Positions 29,619 through 39,837 are shown, counted from the stretch's first letter. The stretch: DNA of 64,000 bases from Acidobacteriota bacterium (GCA_016184115.1 JACPDH010000080.1:6116-70115); one strand, 5' to 3'. A program made the numbers and translations. Notes: a model not told the origin generated them from the letters alone.

Positions 29619-30436
29619 CGGCAACGCCATCGCACCGTCTCGTCGACTCGGCGCGGCGACGCACGCTCCATCACGCGCTCATTCTTCAGGGACCGTCACC
29701 AAAGACGCTTCGTGCAACCGCAATCTCGATCGCCAAGGCGCTGAACTGCCGGAATGCTTCCGACGGCGACGGCTGCCCTTCGTGCCAGAAGATCGACCGC
29801 CAGATCCATCCCGACGTTCGCGCGCTCGAACCGGCCAAAGACCGGAAGGCAATCTCGATCGAGCAGGTGCGCGAGCTCGTCGCGGAGGCGGGGATGAGGC
29901 CTTACGAGGGAGGGACGAAGGTCTACATCATCGACCCGGCAGACTCTCTGAGCGGCGCCGCCGCAAACTCTCTGCTCAAGACGCTCGAAGAACCAGCGCC
30001 CGACACCGCGTTCGTACTGCTCACGCGCTCGGCCGACCTTCTGTTGCCGACGATCAAGTCTCGCTGTCAGATCGTCTTCCTTCGTCCCGAGCACGACGAC
30101 GTCGAAGAGGCCGATCCGGAGCTCGCACCCGCGCTCGCCGAGCGGCTCGCGAGCTTTGCGGAATCGCGCGACATGGGCGCGCTTCTCGGCATCGCTCCGC
30201 TCCTTTGCGCAGGCGACGCGAAGCATGGCCTCGCTCTCCTTGCCGCAACCCTGCGCGACATCGCGGCGGGTGTGGCGACGGGCCGCGCGGCGGGGGTCGC
30301 ATCCGCGATCCCCCCTTCTCGATTGCTCGATGCGGCTCAGCGCGCCGTGGAAGGCATCGATGCGCTGAATGTGAACGCAGACGCCCGACTCCTCGTCGAG
30401 GACGCACTCATGCTCCTCGCCGGCGCGAAACAGTAG
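29615..30436 (+). CDS. holB: DNA polymerase III delta' subunit.
   Basis: Zinc module CRNASDGDGCPSCQ and the SRC motif (TIKSRCQ). The conserved tmk-holB gene order is present. Confidence 0.75.
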   Translation: MTATPSHRLVDSARRRTLHHALILQGPSPKTLRATAISIAKALNCRNASDGDGCPSCQKIDRQIHPDVRALEPAKDRKAISIEQVRELVAEAGMRPYEGGTKVYIIDPADSLSGAAANSLLKTLEEPAPDTAFVLLTRSADLLLPTIKSRCQIVFLRPEHDDVEEADPELAPALAERLASFAESRDMGALLGIAPLLCAGDAKHGLALLAATLRDIAAGVATGRAAGVASAIPPSRLLDAAQRAVEGIDALNVNADARLLVEDALMLLAGAKQ

Positions 30437-30455
30437 CAGCGATCCTGCGCTTCGC

Positions 30456-30632
30456 GGGCTAGTCCTAATGGCCTGAACTTAGGGACGAAAGTCCTCGAAG
30501 TTCGAACGTGGAGCTTTCAATGCTGAACCCTGAAACCCCCGCTCGAGGCCCCTTTTCTGGGTTCAAACTTCATCGTTCATCGTTCTAACTTCGGCCTCTT
30601 CCTCTTAAGTTCAGGCCATTTAGGCTAGTCCC
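30456..30632 (-). mobile_element. Palindromic MITE-like repeat element, copy 2 (complete). It has ~23-bp terminal inverted repeats GGGCTAGTCCTAATGGCCTGAAC / GTTCAGGCCATTTAGGCTAGTCCC. Its right end supplies the TAG stop codon of msrA.
   Basis: High-identity reverse-complement match to 25788..25944. Located between the convergent holB and msrA genes. Confidence 0.7.
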
Positions 30633-31122
30633 GTACGAAGTGGCAGTTGTAGCCCCACGGGTTCTTCCGCAGGTAGTCCTGGTGGTACTCCTCGGCGTCG
30701 TACCAGGCGGTCGCCGGTACAATCGCCGTAACCAGAGGGCGCGGCCACTTCCCCGACGCGTCGACCTCGGCCTTGACTCGGTCGGCGGTCGCCCTCTGCT
30801 CCTCCGAGTGAACGAAGATCGCAGAGCGGTACTGCGTGCCGACGTCGTTCATTTGCCTGTTCAGCTGCGTCGGGTCGTGCATTCGGAAGAAGAAGCGGAG
30901 GATCTCCTCGTAGGAGATGACCGCGGGATCGAAGGTGATCTTCACGGCTTCTGCGTGCCCGCTATTGCCCTTCTTGACGTAGTCATACGTCGGGTCGTCG
31001 AGCGTGCCGCCGGTGTAGCCGACGACGGTTTCGACGACGCCTGGCAACTGGCGAATCAACTCCTCGACACCCCAGAAGCAGCCCCCGGCCAACGTCGCGG
31101 TCTCTCGATTCGGTTCGGTCAT
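30625..31122 (-). CDS. msrA: Peptide methionine sulfoxide reductase A.
   Basis: Active-site motif GGCFWGVEE. ~165 aa. Confidence 0.85.
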   Translation of the reverse strand: MTEPNRETATLAGGCFWGVEELIRQLPGVVETVVGYTGGTLDDPTYDYVKKGNSGHAEAVKITFDPAVISYEEILRFFFRMHDPTQLNRQMNDVGTQYRSAIFVHSEEQRATADRVKAEVDASGKWPRPLVTAIVPATAWYDAEEYHQDYLRKNPWGYNCHFVRD

Positions 31123-31303
31123 GTCGATTCTCCTTGAGGCCTTGGGGCTACGCCCGATCTTCGAAACCGGAGGGCGGCGCCGGTTCGTTCCCGACGCCCG
31201 CTCCCATGCTCCCATCCCAGGTTGAAACGACCGCGAAGGGTAAACGATTGGCGCACCCTCCCGGATTGGTACAATGCGCGGCCGGCTTCGAGCCGCACCG
31301 GCC

Positions 31304-32626
31304 ATGGACTTCTGGTACCTGATTCTTTCGTTCCTTTTCGTTGCGGCGAACGGCTACTTCGTCGCCGCAGAATTCGCGATCGTCAAAGTCCGCGCGACGC
31401 AGCTTGCCGAGCTGGAGGCGAAGGGATCGAAGGCGGCCACGATCGGCCGGCTCCTCACGCGCGAGCTCGACGCATACCTCTCGGCGACTCAGCTCGGCAT
31501 CACGCTCTCCTCGCTCGCCCTGGGCTGGATCGGCGAGCCGGCATTCGCCCACATCATCGAGCCGGTGTTCGAAAACTACGGTGCGCTCGCTCCCGCGCTC
31601 GCACACTCGATCTCGGCAAGTGTTGCCTTCGTCATCATCTCGATTCTCCACATCGTCTTCGGCGAGCTCGTCCCGAAATCGCTCGCGATCCAGAAGCCGA
31701 TCGTCACCACACTCTGGGTCGCCCATCTCCTCCGCTTCTTTTACATCGTGATGTACCCGGCGATCTGGCTCCTCAACGGCACGGCCCGGTTCATTCTCAA
31801 GTCGATCGGCATCGCGCCCGCCTCGGATCACGAGCTCGCGCACTCCGCCGAAGAACTGAGGCTGATCCTGGCCGACTCGGAGAGGGCGGGTGTCCTTTCG
31901 CAACCAAAGAAGGAGATCATCGAAGGGGTTTTCCAGTTCTCCAAGCGAACCGCGCGCCAGATCATGGTTCCGCGCACCGACGTTTTCGTGCTCTCGACGA
32001 CGAATACGATCGAGCAGAACCTTGAAGTGATCCGAAACTCGCGCCACACCCGCTACCCTCTTTGCGAGGGCAATCTCGACCGCACAGTTGGCCTCATCCA
32101 TGTCAAGGACCTCTTTCTTGCGCAGCTCCGAGGACCTGGGCGCAGCCTTGGGGAGCTCCGTCGCGACATCCTATTCGTACCGGAGAACACGACGGTCGAG
32201 CACCTCCTCGAACAGTTCCTCGAGCAACGAACGCACATGGCTGTGATTCTCGACGAATATGGCGGCGCTTCCGGCATCGTCTCGATGGAGAACATCACCG
32301 AAGAGCTCTTCGGGCAGATCCAGGATGAGTTCGATCGCGAACGGCTCGAAGTCGAGCCCCTCGGAGATGGGCGATACCGCGTTCGAGGCGACTACTTGAT
32401 CGAGGACCTTGCCGGACGGCTCCGTATTGACGTCGGGAAGCCGGCGGAGGAGACGATTGGAGGCTATGTCGCCGCAAATCTCGGGCGTGAGGTGCAGCCG
32501 GGCGATCGCTGCTCGCTAGGGCCCCTCGAGATCGAGGTGATCGAAGGCGAACGTTATCGTGTCCGTTGGGTGCTCGTCGTCGCGCCGCAATTGCCTCCGG
32601 AAGACGAAGGCACCAGCGCGGAGTGA
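31304..32626 (+). CDS. CNNM/HlyC-CorC-family transporter (DUF21 + CBS pair + CorC_HlyC).
   Basis: N-terminal DUF21 TM region (LSAT QLGITL), CBS domains, and the C-terminal CorC motif region. Confidence 0.8.
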   Translation: MDFWYLILSFLFVAANGYFVAAEFAIVKVRATQLAELEAKGSKAATIGRLLTRELDAYLSATQLGITLSSLALGWIGEPAFAHIIEPVFENYGALAPALAHSISASVAFVIISILHIVFGELVPKSLAIQKPIVTTLWVAHLLRFFYIVMYPAIWLLNGTARFILKSIGIAPASDHELAHSAEELRLILADSERAGVLSQPKKEIIEGVFQFSKRTARQIMVPRTDVFVLSTTNTIEQNLEVIRNSRHTRYPLCEGNLDRTVGLIHVKDLFLAQLRGPGRSLGELRRDILFVPENTTVEHLLEQFLEQRTHMAVILDEYGGASGIVSMENITEELFGQIQDEFDRERLEVEPLGDGRYRVRGDYLIEDLAGRLRIDVGKPAEETIGGYVAANLGREVQPGDRCSLGPLEIEVIEGERYRVRWVLVVAPQLPPEDEGTSAE

Positions 32627-32684
32627 AGCAGCCGGCTCGATCGAGCCGGTGATAGACTCGCGGGATACTCGGAGTCGAGCCGCA

Positions 32685-33212
32685 ATGTCGATCCAGGGAA
32701 GCCTGAAGACGATGCCCGTGCCGGAACTGCTGATGTGGATCAGCAGCTGCCAGAAAACGGGCACACTCGAGGTAGCGTCAGGCGATCACCTCGAACAGAT
32801 CGCATTCGATGTCGGGTTTCTGATCTATTCAGCCTCGACCGAGCTCGAGAAGACCTTCGGCCACATCCTCATCGCCCGCGGCATGCTGAGCGAAGCCCAG
32901 CATACGCAAGCGCGCCGGATTCGTGAGGACCAGCGGATCGCGCTCGCGAAAGTGCTCAAGGATCTCCACATCCTCCCAGAGGACGAGATCGTTCGGATGC
33001 TGCGAAAAAAGGCGGAGGCTGAGATCTTCGAGCTTTTCAAGAGCGTCAAGGGCGAGTTCCGCTTCCTCGACGACGAGCTCCCCGACCTCGATCTGCTGCC
33101 ACTTCGCGTCGACGTCGCCAGAGCGCTGCTTCGAATCACGCAGCAAATGGACGAGAGCGGCAACTACGACTACGACCAATCGGGTATCCGATTCGATATA
33201 CCGCCCGGTTAG
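32685..33212 (+). CDS. DUF4388-domain protein (PatA-like N-terminal receiver-like domain).
   Basis: MSIQGSLKTMPVPELLMWISSCQKTGTLEV is a typical start for DUF4388. Confidence 0.55.
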   Translation: MSIQGSLKTMPVPELLMWISSCQKTGTLEVASGDHLEQIAFDVGFLIYSASTELEKTFGHILIARGMLSEAQHTQARRIREDQRIALAKVLKDLHILPEDEIVRMLRKKAEAEIFELFKSVKGEFRFLDDELPDLDLLPLRVDVARALLRITQQMDESGNYDYDQSGIRFDIPPG

Positions 33213-33222
33213 GCGAGTGCGG

Positions 33223-33278
33223 AGTCCTAAGTCCTGAGTCCTGAGTCCTCAGTCCTCAGTCCTGAGGACTGAGGACTT
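33223..33278. terminator. Heptamer-repeat hairpin: (AGTCCTN)x6 followed directly by (NAGGACT)x2. Perfect 13+ bp stem between convergent genes.
   Basis: agtcctaagtcctgagtcctgagtcctcagtcctcagtcctgaggactgaggact. Confidence 0.65.
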
Positions 33279-33287
33279 CCTCGAAGC

Positions 33288-36044
33288 CTAACGGACCGGC
33301 CTGTGCCTGACGAGCGTCGATCCCGTCGAGCTCCAGACCTCGAGTGAGTAGTCGGAAAGCAAATAGGTTTTGCCTCCCGTGATCGCAGACGACCTTACAG
33401 CGGCGGCCGCGCTCCCCGCGAGCGGCTCCGCGATCCAGCTTGCGGCGCCGTTGATCCGAAACAGCTGCGGCGAAAACGTTCGACCGGTGATCAACGCGCA
33501 ATTGCCCGACACGTGGATCTGCTGATCGACGTAACCGACGCGGCCCGAGGGATCGCTAACGTAAGGATCGAGTAGCGTGCCCGCTCCGTCGAGCTGCGTA
33601 TCGGTATAGACGTAGACTCTCTGGCCGATCGCATAGACGGCGTTGCGCGCCGCGTCGTGTGCGATCGCGACGGGGTTTCCCGTTGACGCGCGCCCGACGA
33701 GCGCCGCCGGATGGAATGGGTCGGACACGTCGTAGACGCGGATCTCCGCCGGAACGCTGAGCGCCGCCCACGCGCGCGCGCCTCCGGCGGCCGCGGCGGC
33801 GACTCCCCCCGGAAGCGTCGCGCTCTTCGCGAGTGTCGTTCGCGGATCGAGCACGAGCGTACGCAGCTCGCATTCGCCACTCAAGCAATTCGTCTCGACG
33901 GTGACCCAGAGCGCGCCCGCTACGGTGCGCATCCCGATCATCCGCTGATCACTGCTTTCGTCGACCTGGTAAATCGAAGTCTGAACGCCCGCCGCCGAAT
34001 AGCCAGTTACCGTCCCGTTGATCGCGAGTACAAAGAGCGACGTTCCGACCGCCGCGATATCGACGATGCTCCCGCTCAGTGCGAGCTCGCGCCCCAGGCC
34101 CGGCATTCCTGAACTGTCGAGAGGAAGTGTAGTCACCGCACGTCCGTCGAAAAGATGGAGAACCCTGTCGCCGGCGAACAGATCACGGTAATAGCGGTTC
34201 GACGTTCCTGCAGCCAGCTCCAGAGGCGTGCCCGACGTCGACGCGTACTGGATCGTCGACAGTCCCTCCTCCGTCGCCACCACGGCAGAACCTGATCCGC
34301 TCGTCGAGTGAACCGTCGTGGACGTGGAGTCGAGCTCGATCTCCCGCTCGAGCGTCTTCGTCGAGGCATCCCAGTACTGGATCGTCGCCGTCGCGAGGAC
34401 GAAGAGGTTGTTGCCCGACATCTGTACGTCGCGCGCGATGATCGAATTCGTCCCCGGATAGATGCTGACCGCACCTCCCTGACCGAAGTTCACGACCGAG
34501 ATCCCTTTGAACGTGACACCGGCGACGAGCCCGGTTCCCGAGACGCCCAGACCGCTCGTCGTGGCGCCCTCGATCGTCGCGATCGCCGGCGCTGACGTCA
34601 GGACGCCACCGCTGAAGAACCTCACGGTCGTCGTGCCGCTCTCATTGAGGTCCGCAAACGCGATGTCGGAGCCTCCGCGCTCGACGAACGAAGGCTTCGC
34701 ACCGCCGAGGTCGACCTTCGTTGCACTCCCCTGGAGCGCCGAAAAATCGAGTGTCCACGCGGTCTGGTCCGCGAGCACGGCGATGCCTCCATTGCCATTG
34801 AGTGCCGCGGAGACGATCGTCGTACTGAGCGTGACCGACGACACTTCGACGGGAGGACTCTGCGACACGTCCCAGACTCTCGCACGCGTTCCCGACGTCG
34901 TCAGGACTCGCGAGCCGTTGCCGTCACGGACGATCGATGCGCTACCGACATCCCAGTTTGTCTGAGGCGTCAGCTCCCCCGCCGGTCCGACGCCGTACTT
35001 GAACAATCCGCCTGCAGGCTTCGCCGAAACGACCGAAGATCCGAGAGACACGGCCGAGCTCATCTGGCCTAACGCGTGGCCGCGCAGCACGAACGGCGCG
35101 GTGAATCCTCGCGCATCGAAACTCGCAAGTCCCGCGTCACCCGCCGCTCCATGGAGCCTTCCATTCAGAGCGAGGAGCTCGAGATAGCGATTCACCGTGC
35201 CGCCGAGCGGCGTCGACTTCCCGGCGAAGAGCTTCGCGGTGCCGGACTGCGACACCTCGTACGCACGCAGAATCCTGTCGTCGCCGACCAGGTAGACGAC
35301 CGAGCCCGTTCCCGCTACCGCCGCGTTTGCTCCAGCAGCGAGCGTCGCCACACGCGTCATCAAGGCGCCGCTTCCAATGAAAACCTCCGTCCGCTGTCCG
35401 TCCGACACGTAGAGCCGCCCCGACGCTTCGCTCACCCAGAGCGAAGGGGTCAGCGAATTGAACGTGCCGAGCTTCTGCGGCGCCGAAGGCAACTGCACGT
35501 TGTAGGCCTCGACTGTCGAATCGCCGTCGGTCGCGTAGAGTGTCGCGCCGAGCAGGGCGAGCGAACGTGCCCCGATGTTCGTCGTCGAGAGCGTCCGGAC
35601 GAGCGCGGGATTGTCGGCGACCGCCACGTCGATCTGCGCGACGCCTCCGCTCGTCGCCGCAAAGACATACGGGCCGAGTACCAGCAGATCGCTGACCGTA
35701 CCGCCGAGCGACGTCGACCCGATCGTCACGATCGACCCTCCGCTCTTCGACATTACGAGGAACTTCGCACCGCTCCCGACGTACACCTTCCCGCCGGCCG
35801 CCGCGACCGCGGAGGTCGTTCCACCGAGAGGGATCGTGGTGATCGGATACGGGGGATCGAACGACGCGTCGTATAGCTCGAGTCCCCACGACGTCGCGAC
35901 CCAGAGGTCGTTTCCGTCTACGGCTGCGTCGAGTGCCGTCGCGCGATACGCTCCGTCGAACACGGGGGTCCAGACGCACTGCGAAAGCGCCGGAAGGGAA
36001 ACGAGGAACGACAGCAAGGCGATGAGCGGGGTTCTTGCGTTCAC
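33288..36044 (-). CDS. Large secreted repeat protein with LVIVD-like beta-propeller repeats.
   Basis: Signal peptide after the GTG start at 36044 (MNARTPLIALLSFLVSLPALSQC). Recurrent ~40-aa repeats rich in G/S/T/V, as in LVIVD repeat proteins. Confidence 0.55.
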   Translation of the reverse strand: MNARTPLIALLSFLVSLPALSQCVWTPVFDGAYRATALDAAVDGNDLWVATSWGLELYDASFDPPYPITTIPLGGTTSAVAAAGGKVYVGSGAKFLVMSKSGGSIVTIGSTSLGGTVSDLLVLGPYVFAATSGGVAQIDVAVADNPALVRTLSTTNIGARSLALLGATLYATDGDSTVEAYNVQLPSAPQKLGTFNSLTPSLWVSEASGRLYVSDGQRTEVFIGSGALMTRVATLAAGANAAVAGTGSVVYLVGDDRILRAYEVSQSGTAKLFAGKSTPLGGTVNRYLELLALNGRLHGAAGDAGLASFDARGFTAPFVLRGHALGQMSSAVSLGSSVVSAKPAGGLFKYGVGPAGELTPQTNWDVGSASIVRDGNGSRVLTTSGTRARVWDVSQSPPVEVSSVTLSTTIVSAALNGNGGIAVLADQTAWTLDFSALQGSATKVDLGGAKPSFVERGGSDIAFADLNESGTTTVRFFSGGVLTSAPAIATIEGATTSGLGVSGTGLVAGVTFKGISVVNFGQGGAVSIYPGTNSIIARDVQMSGNNLFVLATATIQYWDASTKTLEREIELDSTSTTVHSTSGSGSAVVATEEGLSTIQYASTSGTPLELAAGTSNRYYRDLFAGDRVLHLFDGRAVTTLPLDSSGMPGLGRELALSGSIVDIAAVGTSLFVLAINGTVTGYSAAGVQTSIYQVDESSDQRMIGMRTVAGALWVTVETNCLSGECELRTLVLDPRTTLAKSATLPGGVAAAAAGGARAWAALSVPAEIRVYDVSDPFHPAALVGRASTGNPVAIAHDAARNAVYAIGQRVYVYTDTQLDGAGTLLDPYVSDPSGRVGYVDQQIHVSGNCALITGRTFSPQLFRINGAASWIAEPLAGSAAAAVRSSAITGGKTYLLSDYSLEVWSSTGSTLVRHRPVR

Positions 36045-36258
36045 GTGTGAATTGTAGCGGAGCACTCTCTGGCCCGCAGTTCTCACAGCCCTTCTGTTGC
36101 GACAACCGATAGCGGCCTGTCTCGCGACGAAGGGCTGTGAGAGATGCGGGCTAGGCCACGCAACGTGACGGCAACGTGACGCTTCCACACCCTATAATTC
36201 GCCGCGCTAGCGCCAGCTTTTGCGCCCGCATCCGATGAGAAGCCGACACGAACTTCGC

Positions 36259-37590
36259 ATGGCGCTCACCGCATTCGCGATTGCAGCGTCGCTCCTCGCC
36301 GCGCGCTGTTCCGGAGGAAATGGAATCATGAACGATCCGAATAAGGCGGAAGTCCTGGCGACTGGCCCGACAGCACTCGACGCGGCTGCGAGCGAATACG
36401 TGCGCATCGTCCTCGCTCTTGGCGAGCACGATTCTGATTACGTCGACGCTTACTACGGCCCCGCGGAGCTGCGGAATGCGATTCGCGCCGACGCAAGACC
36501 GGTCGAGGCGATTCGCGGCGACGCCGAAGCGTTGCATGCAAAAACCTTGGCACTTCCGGAACCGGAGAGCGAGATCGAGCGCCTGCGTCGCGACTACATC
36601 AAGACGCAATCCGCTGCCGTCATCGCACGTGCTGCGATGCTCTCAGGCGTTCAGCTCACGTTCGACGAGGAGTCGAAGGCGCTCTACGACGCAGTCGCTC
36701 CCGCTCACGGCGTCGAGCACTTCGACGAGCTCCTTCGCGAGCTCGACGCCGAGTTGCCGGGCGATGGCGCGGTGAGCACACGTCTCGACGCGTTTCGCGC
36801 AAAGTTCGTCATCCCGACCGAGAAGCTCGACGTTGTCTTTCAGAAGGCGATCGAAGGCTGCCGCGAGCGGACGCTTCGCCACGTCGCGCTTCCCGCCGAC
36901 GAGAGCTTCACCGTCGAGTACGTGACTGACAAGTCGTGGAGCGGCTACAACTGGTACCAGGGAAACTATCGAAGCGTGATTCAGGTCAATACCGACCTGC
37001 CGATCTACATCGACCGCGCACTCGACCTCGCCTGTCACGAAGGCTACCCGGGACATCACGTCTACAACGCTCTGCTCGAACAGCATCTCGTCCGCGAACG
37101 CGGCTGGATTGAATTCACCGTCTATCCCCTCTTCAGCCCGCAGTCGCTGATCGCGGAAGGAAGCGCGAACTACGGCATCGAGGTCGCGTTCCCGAAGGAC
37201 GAGAAGATCGCGTGGGAGCGGGAGCATCTCTTTCCTCTCGCTGGCCTCGATCCTTCGCAGGCGGAGAAGTACTACCGCGTCTTCGACCTCACCGCGAAGC
37301 TCGCCTACGCGGGCAACGAGGCTGCGCGCGGGCTCCTCGACGGCACCCTCACCGAAGATTCGGCAGCACTCTGGCTCGAGAAATATGCGCTCATGGCTCC
37401 CGAACGAGCGAAGCAGCGCATCCGATTCATCCGCCAGTACCGCGCCTACGTCATCAACTACAACCTCGGCAAGGACCTCGTTGAAGCGTACGTCGAGCGG
37501 CTCGCCAACGGTGACCCCGAGGCGCGATGGACGATCTTCACCGAGCTTCTTTCTTCGCCACGACTGCCGTCCGGACTCGTGTCGAGATAG
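36259..37590 (+). CDS. Lipoprotein, DUF885-like putative zinc metallopeptidase.
   Basis: Lipobox LLAARCSG. The HEGYPGHHV motif is like the HExxPGHH of the DUF885 family. Confidence 0.5.
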   Translation: MALTAFAIAASLLAARCSGGNGIMNDPNKAEVLATGPTALDAAASEYVRIVLALGEHDSDYVDAYYGPAELRNAIRADARPVEAIRGDAEALHAKTLALPEPESEIERLRRDYIKTQSAAVIARAAMLSGVQLTFDEESKALYDAVAPAHGVEHFDELLRELDAELPGDGAVSTRLDAFRAKFVIPTEKLDVVFQKAIEGCRERTLRHVALPADESFTVEYVTDKSWSGYNWYQGNYRSVIQVNTDLPIYIDRALDLACHEGYPGHHVYNALLEQHLVRERGWIEFTVYPLFSPQSLIAEGSANYGIEVAFPKDEKIAWEREHLFPLAGLDPSQAEKYYRVFDLTAKLAYAGNEAARGLLDGTLTEDSAALWLEKYALMAPERAKQRIRFIRQYRAYVINYNLGKDLVEAYVERLANGDPEARWTIFTELLSSPRLPSGLVSR

Positions 37591-37830
37591 GCGGCCTGCG
37601 AGCTTCGTCGCGACGTCGCAACAAAAAAACATACGGAACGTCCGGTTTGATACACGTCGTCGTCGCACCCTTCATCGTGACCGTTCGCACACCCCTTCCG
37701 CCAGCTTGAGCCTATCCTGCAAGCGTGGGCCTAACGGTCCACAGGCGCCCGGAACGCCTTCGAAGTTGCGATCTGGCCGCCTCAGACGTCGAAAATGGTA
37801 TCGATCGGCCCCGGTATCGACGCTTCAACT

Positions 37831-37874
37831 CCTCGCTGTCACATTTCGACCGATATTGGAATGTGACAGCGAGG
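37831..37874 (+). promoter_or_regulatory. Perfect 15-bp inverted repeat with a 14-nt loop (CCTCGCTGTCACATT-N14-AATGTGACAGCGAGG), upstream of a PilZ gene.
   Basis: Direct reading. Sits in a 390-bp intergenic region. Confidence 0.5.
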
Positions 37875-37976
37875 CCCAACGAAAGATGGTTTCCGGGCGG
37901 AACCCCGCCCGTCATTCTGGAAACGTCGCCGTGCTGCAAACTCACTCGCGGTACGCACCGGTGACGTCACAGGAGC

Positions 37977-38693
37977 TTGAGCATGGCGCAGGGCGCGACC
38001 TTCATTGAAGTCCCGGAAGTCACCGAAACTCGCGGACGTCCCCGCTACAACCTGCTGACCACGATCGAAGCTCAGTTCGCCGGTCAGGCGGCCCTGGTCA
38101 GGAACCTGAGCGCGAACGGAGTCGGCCTTCGCCACGCGGCGCAGGTTCGCGTCGGCTCGACCGTCAGCGTGAAGATCGAAGCACCGGAGAATGAGTCGGC
38201 GCTCTCGTTCCGCTGCCGTGTCGTCTGGAGCCGTCTTTCACGCTTCGCGGACGAACGTGGCAAACCGTTCTACGACTCCGGCCTAACAATCGTCGACGAC
38301 TCGCCGGCAGCAGCCGGATTGATGGGCCGCCTGATCCGCGCGTACGGCGTCCGAGACGCGGAATCGCTCGAAGCGAAACGCCGCGTGCTCGAAGAGCGTG
38401 CGCTCGCGCGAGCAGGCGCTCAACCCGGCCCGCGCGCGCAAGCGCTGCCCCGCATCACCCCCGACCAGGTTCTCCTCATTCGCGAGGCGCAGGAGTTTCT
38501 CGCGAACGACCCGGAGAAGACGGCGCGGTGGCACGAGCGGGCAAAGCAGTCGCTCGTCGCCCTCGGGCTCGTGTCTCCCGATGCGAAGTCGTCGCCTCAC
38601 CGGCGCGACGCGCTCGTGATCTGGGAGTACCTCGGCAGGACGCTCGACCTCGACGTCGTTTCGCTCATCGCCGGATTACGAAGCGAGGGCTGA
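37977..38693 (+). CDS. PilZ-domain protein (c-di-GMP receptor).
   Basis: RGRPRYN (RxxxR) and NLSANGVG (D/NxSxxG) motifs. Confidence 0.65.
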   Translation: MSMAQGATFIEVPEVTETRGRPRYNLLTTIEAQFAGQAALVRNLSANGVGLRHAAQVRVGSTVSVKIEAPENESALSFRCRVVWSRLSRFADERGKPFYDSGLTIVDDSPAAAGLMGRLIRAYGVRDAESLEAKRRVLEERALARAGAQPGPRAQALPRITPDQVLLIREAQEFLANDPEKTARWHERAKQSLVALGLVSPDAKSSPHRRDALVIWEYLGRTLDLDVVSLIAGLRSEG

Positions 38694-38709
38694 CTCTCAC
38701 GATCGACCC

Positions 38710-39837
38710 TCACTCGATCAGCGAGAGCACGTCTTCGGCAACGGCACGCGCGGCGTCGGGTCGTCCGAGCGCCTTCGAACACGCCCTCATCGCCGCGAGT
38801 CTGCTTCGATCGGCGAGAAGCTGATCGACCTTCCACCCGATTGCGGGAAGGTTGTTCGCGCGGATCGCTGCCCCCGCCTCCAGGAGGTGATCGGCGTTCC
38901 TCTCCTCCTGGCCCGGAATCGGATTTACGATCACGATCGCGAGCCCCTTCGCGAGTGCTTCGGAGGTCGTGAGGCCCCCTGGTTTACCGACGAGCAGATC
39001 GGCGGCGCTCATGAACGTGTCCATCTCGCGCGTAAAGCCGACGAGGTCGATGCGGACATTTCGCGCCGACCTCGCTGCCATCGACCCCCGCAACCGTTCG
39101 AGCAGTTCTTCGTTGCGGCCGCAGATCACAACGACCTGTGCCGGATGCTCGATCGCGGCGAGCGCGCCGACGAGATGCTCGACCGGGCCGACGCCGAAGC
39201 CTCCCGCGGAGACGAGCAGCGTCGTCCGGTCGGGATCGAGCCCGAGCCGCAGGCGTGCCTCCCTCACGTCTGACTCGACCGCGAACTTCGGGTCGACGGG
39301 GATGCCGCTGACGCGGATCGATTGAGGGTCGATCCCGAGCGCCGCGAGGTGCGCACGCGTCTCGTCGAGTGCGACGTACCAGCGGTCGACGCTCGAAGCG
39401 AGCCACATCGCATGCACATCGAAGTCGGTCACGACGACCGCGTGCTTCGCGCACACGCGATCCTTCGACTTCATCCACGAGACGATGCTGCCGGGCAGGA
39501 AGTGCGTGCATATGATCGCGTGCGGCTCGAGCTCCTCCATCAACCGGACGAGACGTCGCGTGTTGAGCCGTTCGAAAGCTTGCCGTAGCTTGTCGTTCTT
39601 CCACGGCTCGTCGAGCCGGTCGTAGAGCCAGCCGAGTACGTCGGGCGCGCGATTCACCATCTCGATGTACGCGTTGGCGTAGAGCCGGCGGAACGCGGCA
39701 TTCGTCGACTCGAGCGCGTCGTGGTGGGTCACCATCGCCTCCGGATCGACCACGCGGAATGCGCGCTCGAGCGCGTCGGCGGCACGCGTGTGCCCAGCTC
39801 CCGCGGAGGCCGAAAAGACGAGGATTCGTCTGGTCAT
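38710..39837 (-). CDS. GT28-family glycosyltransferase (monogalactosyldiacylglycerol synthase / UgtP-like diacylglycerol glycosyltransferase).
   Basis: RILVFSASAGAGHTRAA N-terminus, and a C-terminal GT-B motif region (GKPGGLTTSEALAKGLAIV). Confidence 0.75.
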   Translation of the reverse strand: MTRRILVFSASAGAGHTRAADALERAFRVVDPEAMVTHHDALESTNAAFRRLYANAYIEMVNRAPDVLGWLYDRLDEPWKNDKLRQAFERLNTRRLVRLMEELEPHAIICTHFLPGSIVSWMKSKDRVCAKHAVVVTDFDVHAMWLASSVDRWYVALDETRAHLAALGIDPQSIRVSGIPVDPKFAVESDVREARLRLGLDPDRTTLLVSAGGFGVGPVEHLVGALAAIEHPAQVVVICGRNEELLERLRGSMAARSARNVRIDLVGFTREMDTFMSAADLLVGKPGGLTTSEALAKGLAIVIVNPIPGQEERNADHLLEAGAAIRANNLPAIGWKVDQLLADRSRLAAMRACSKALGRPDAARAVAEDVLSLIE

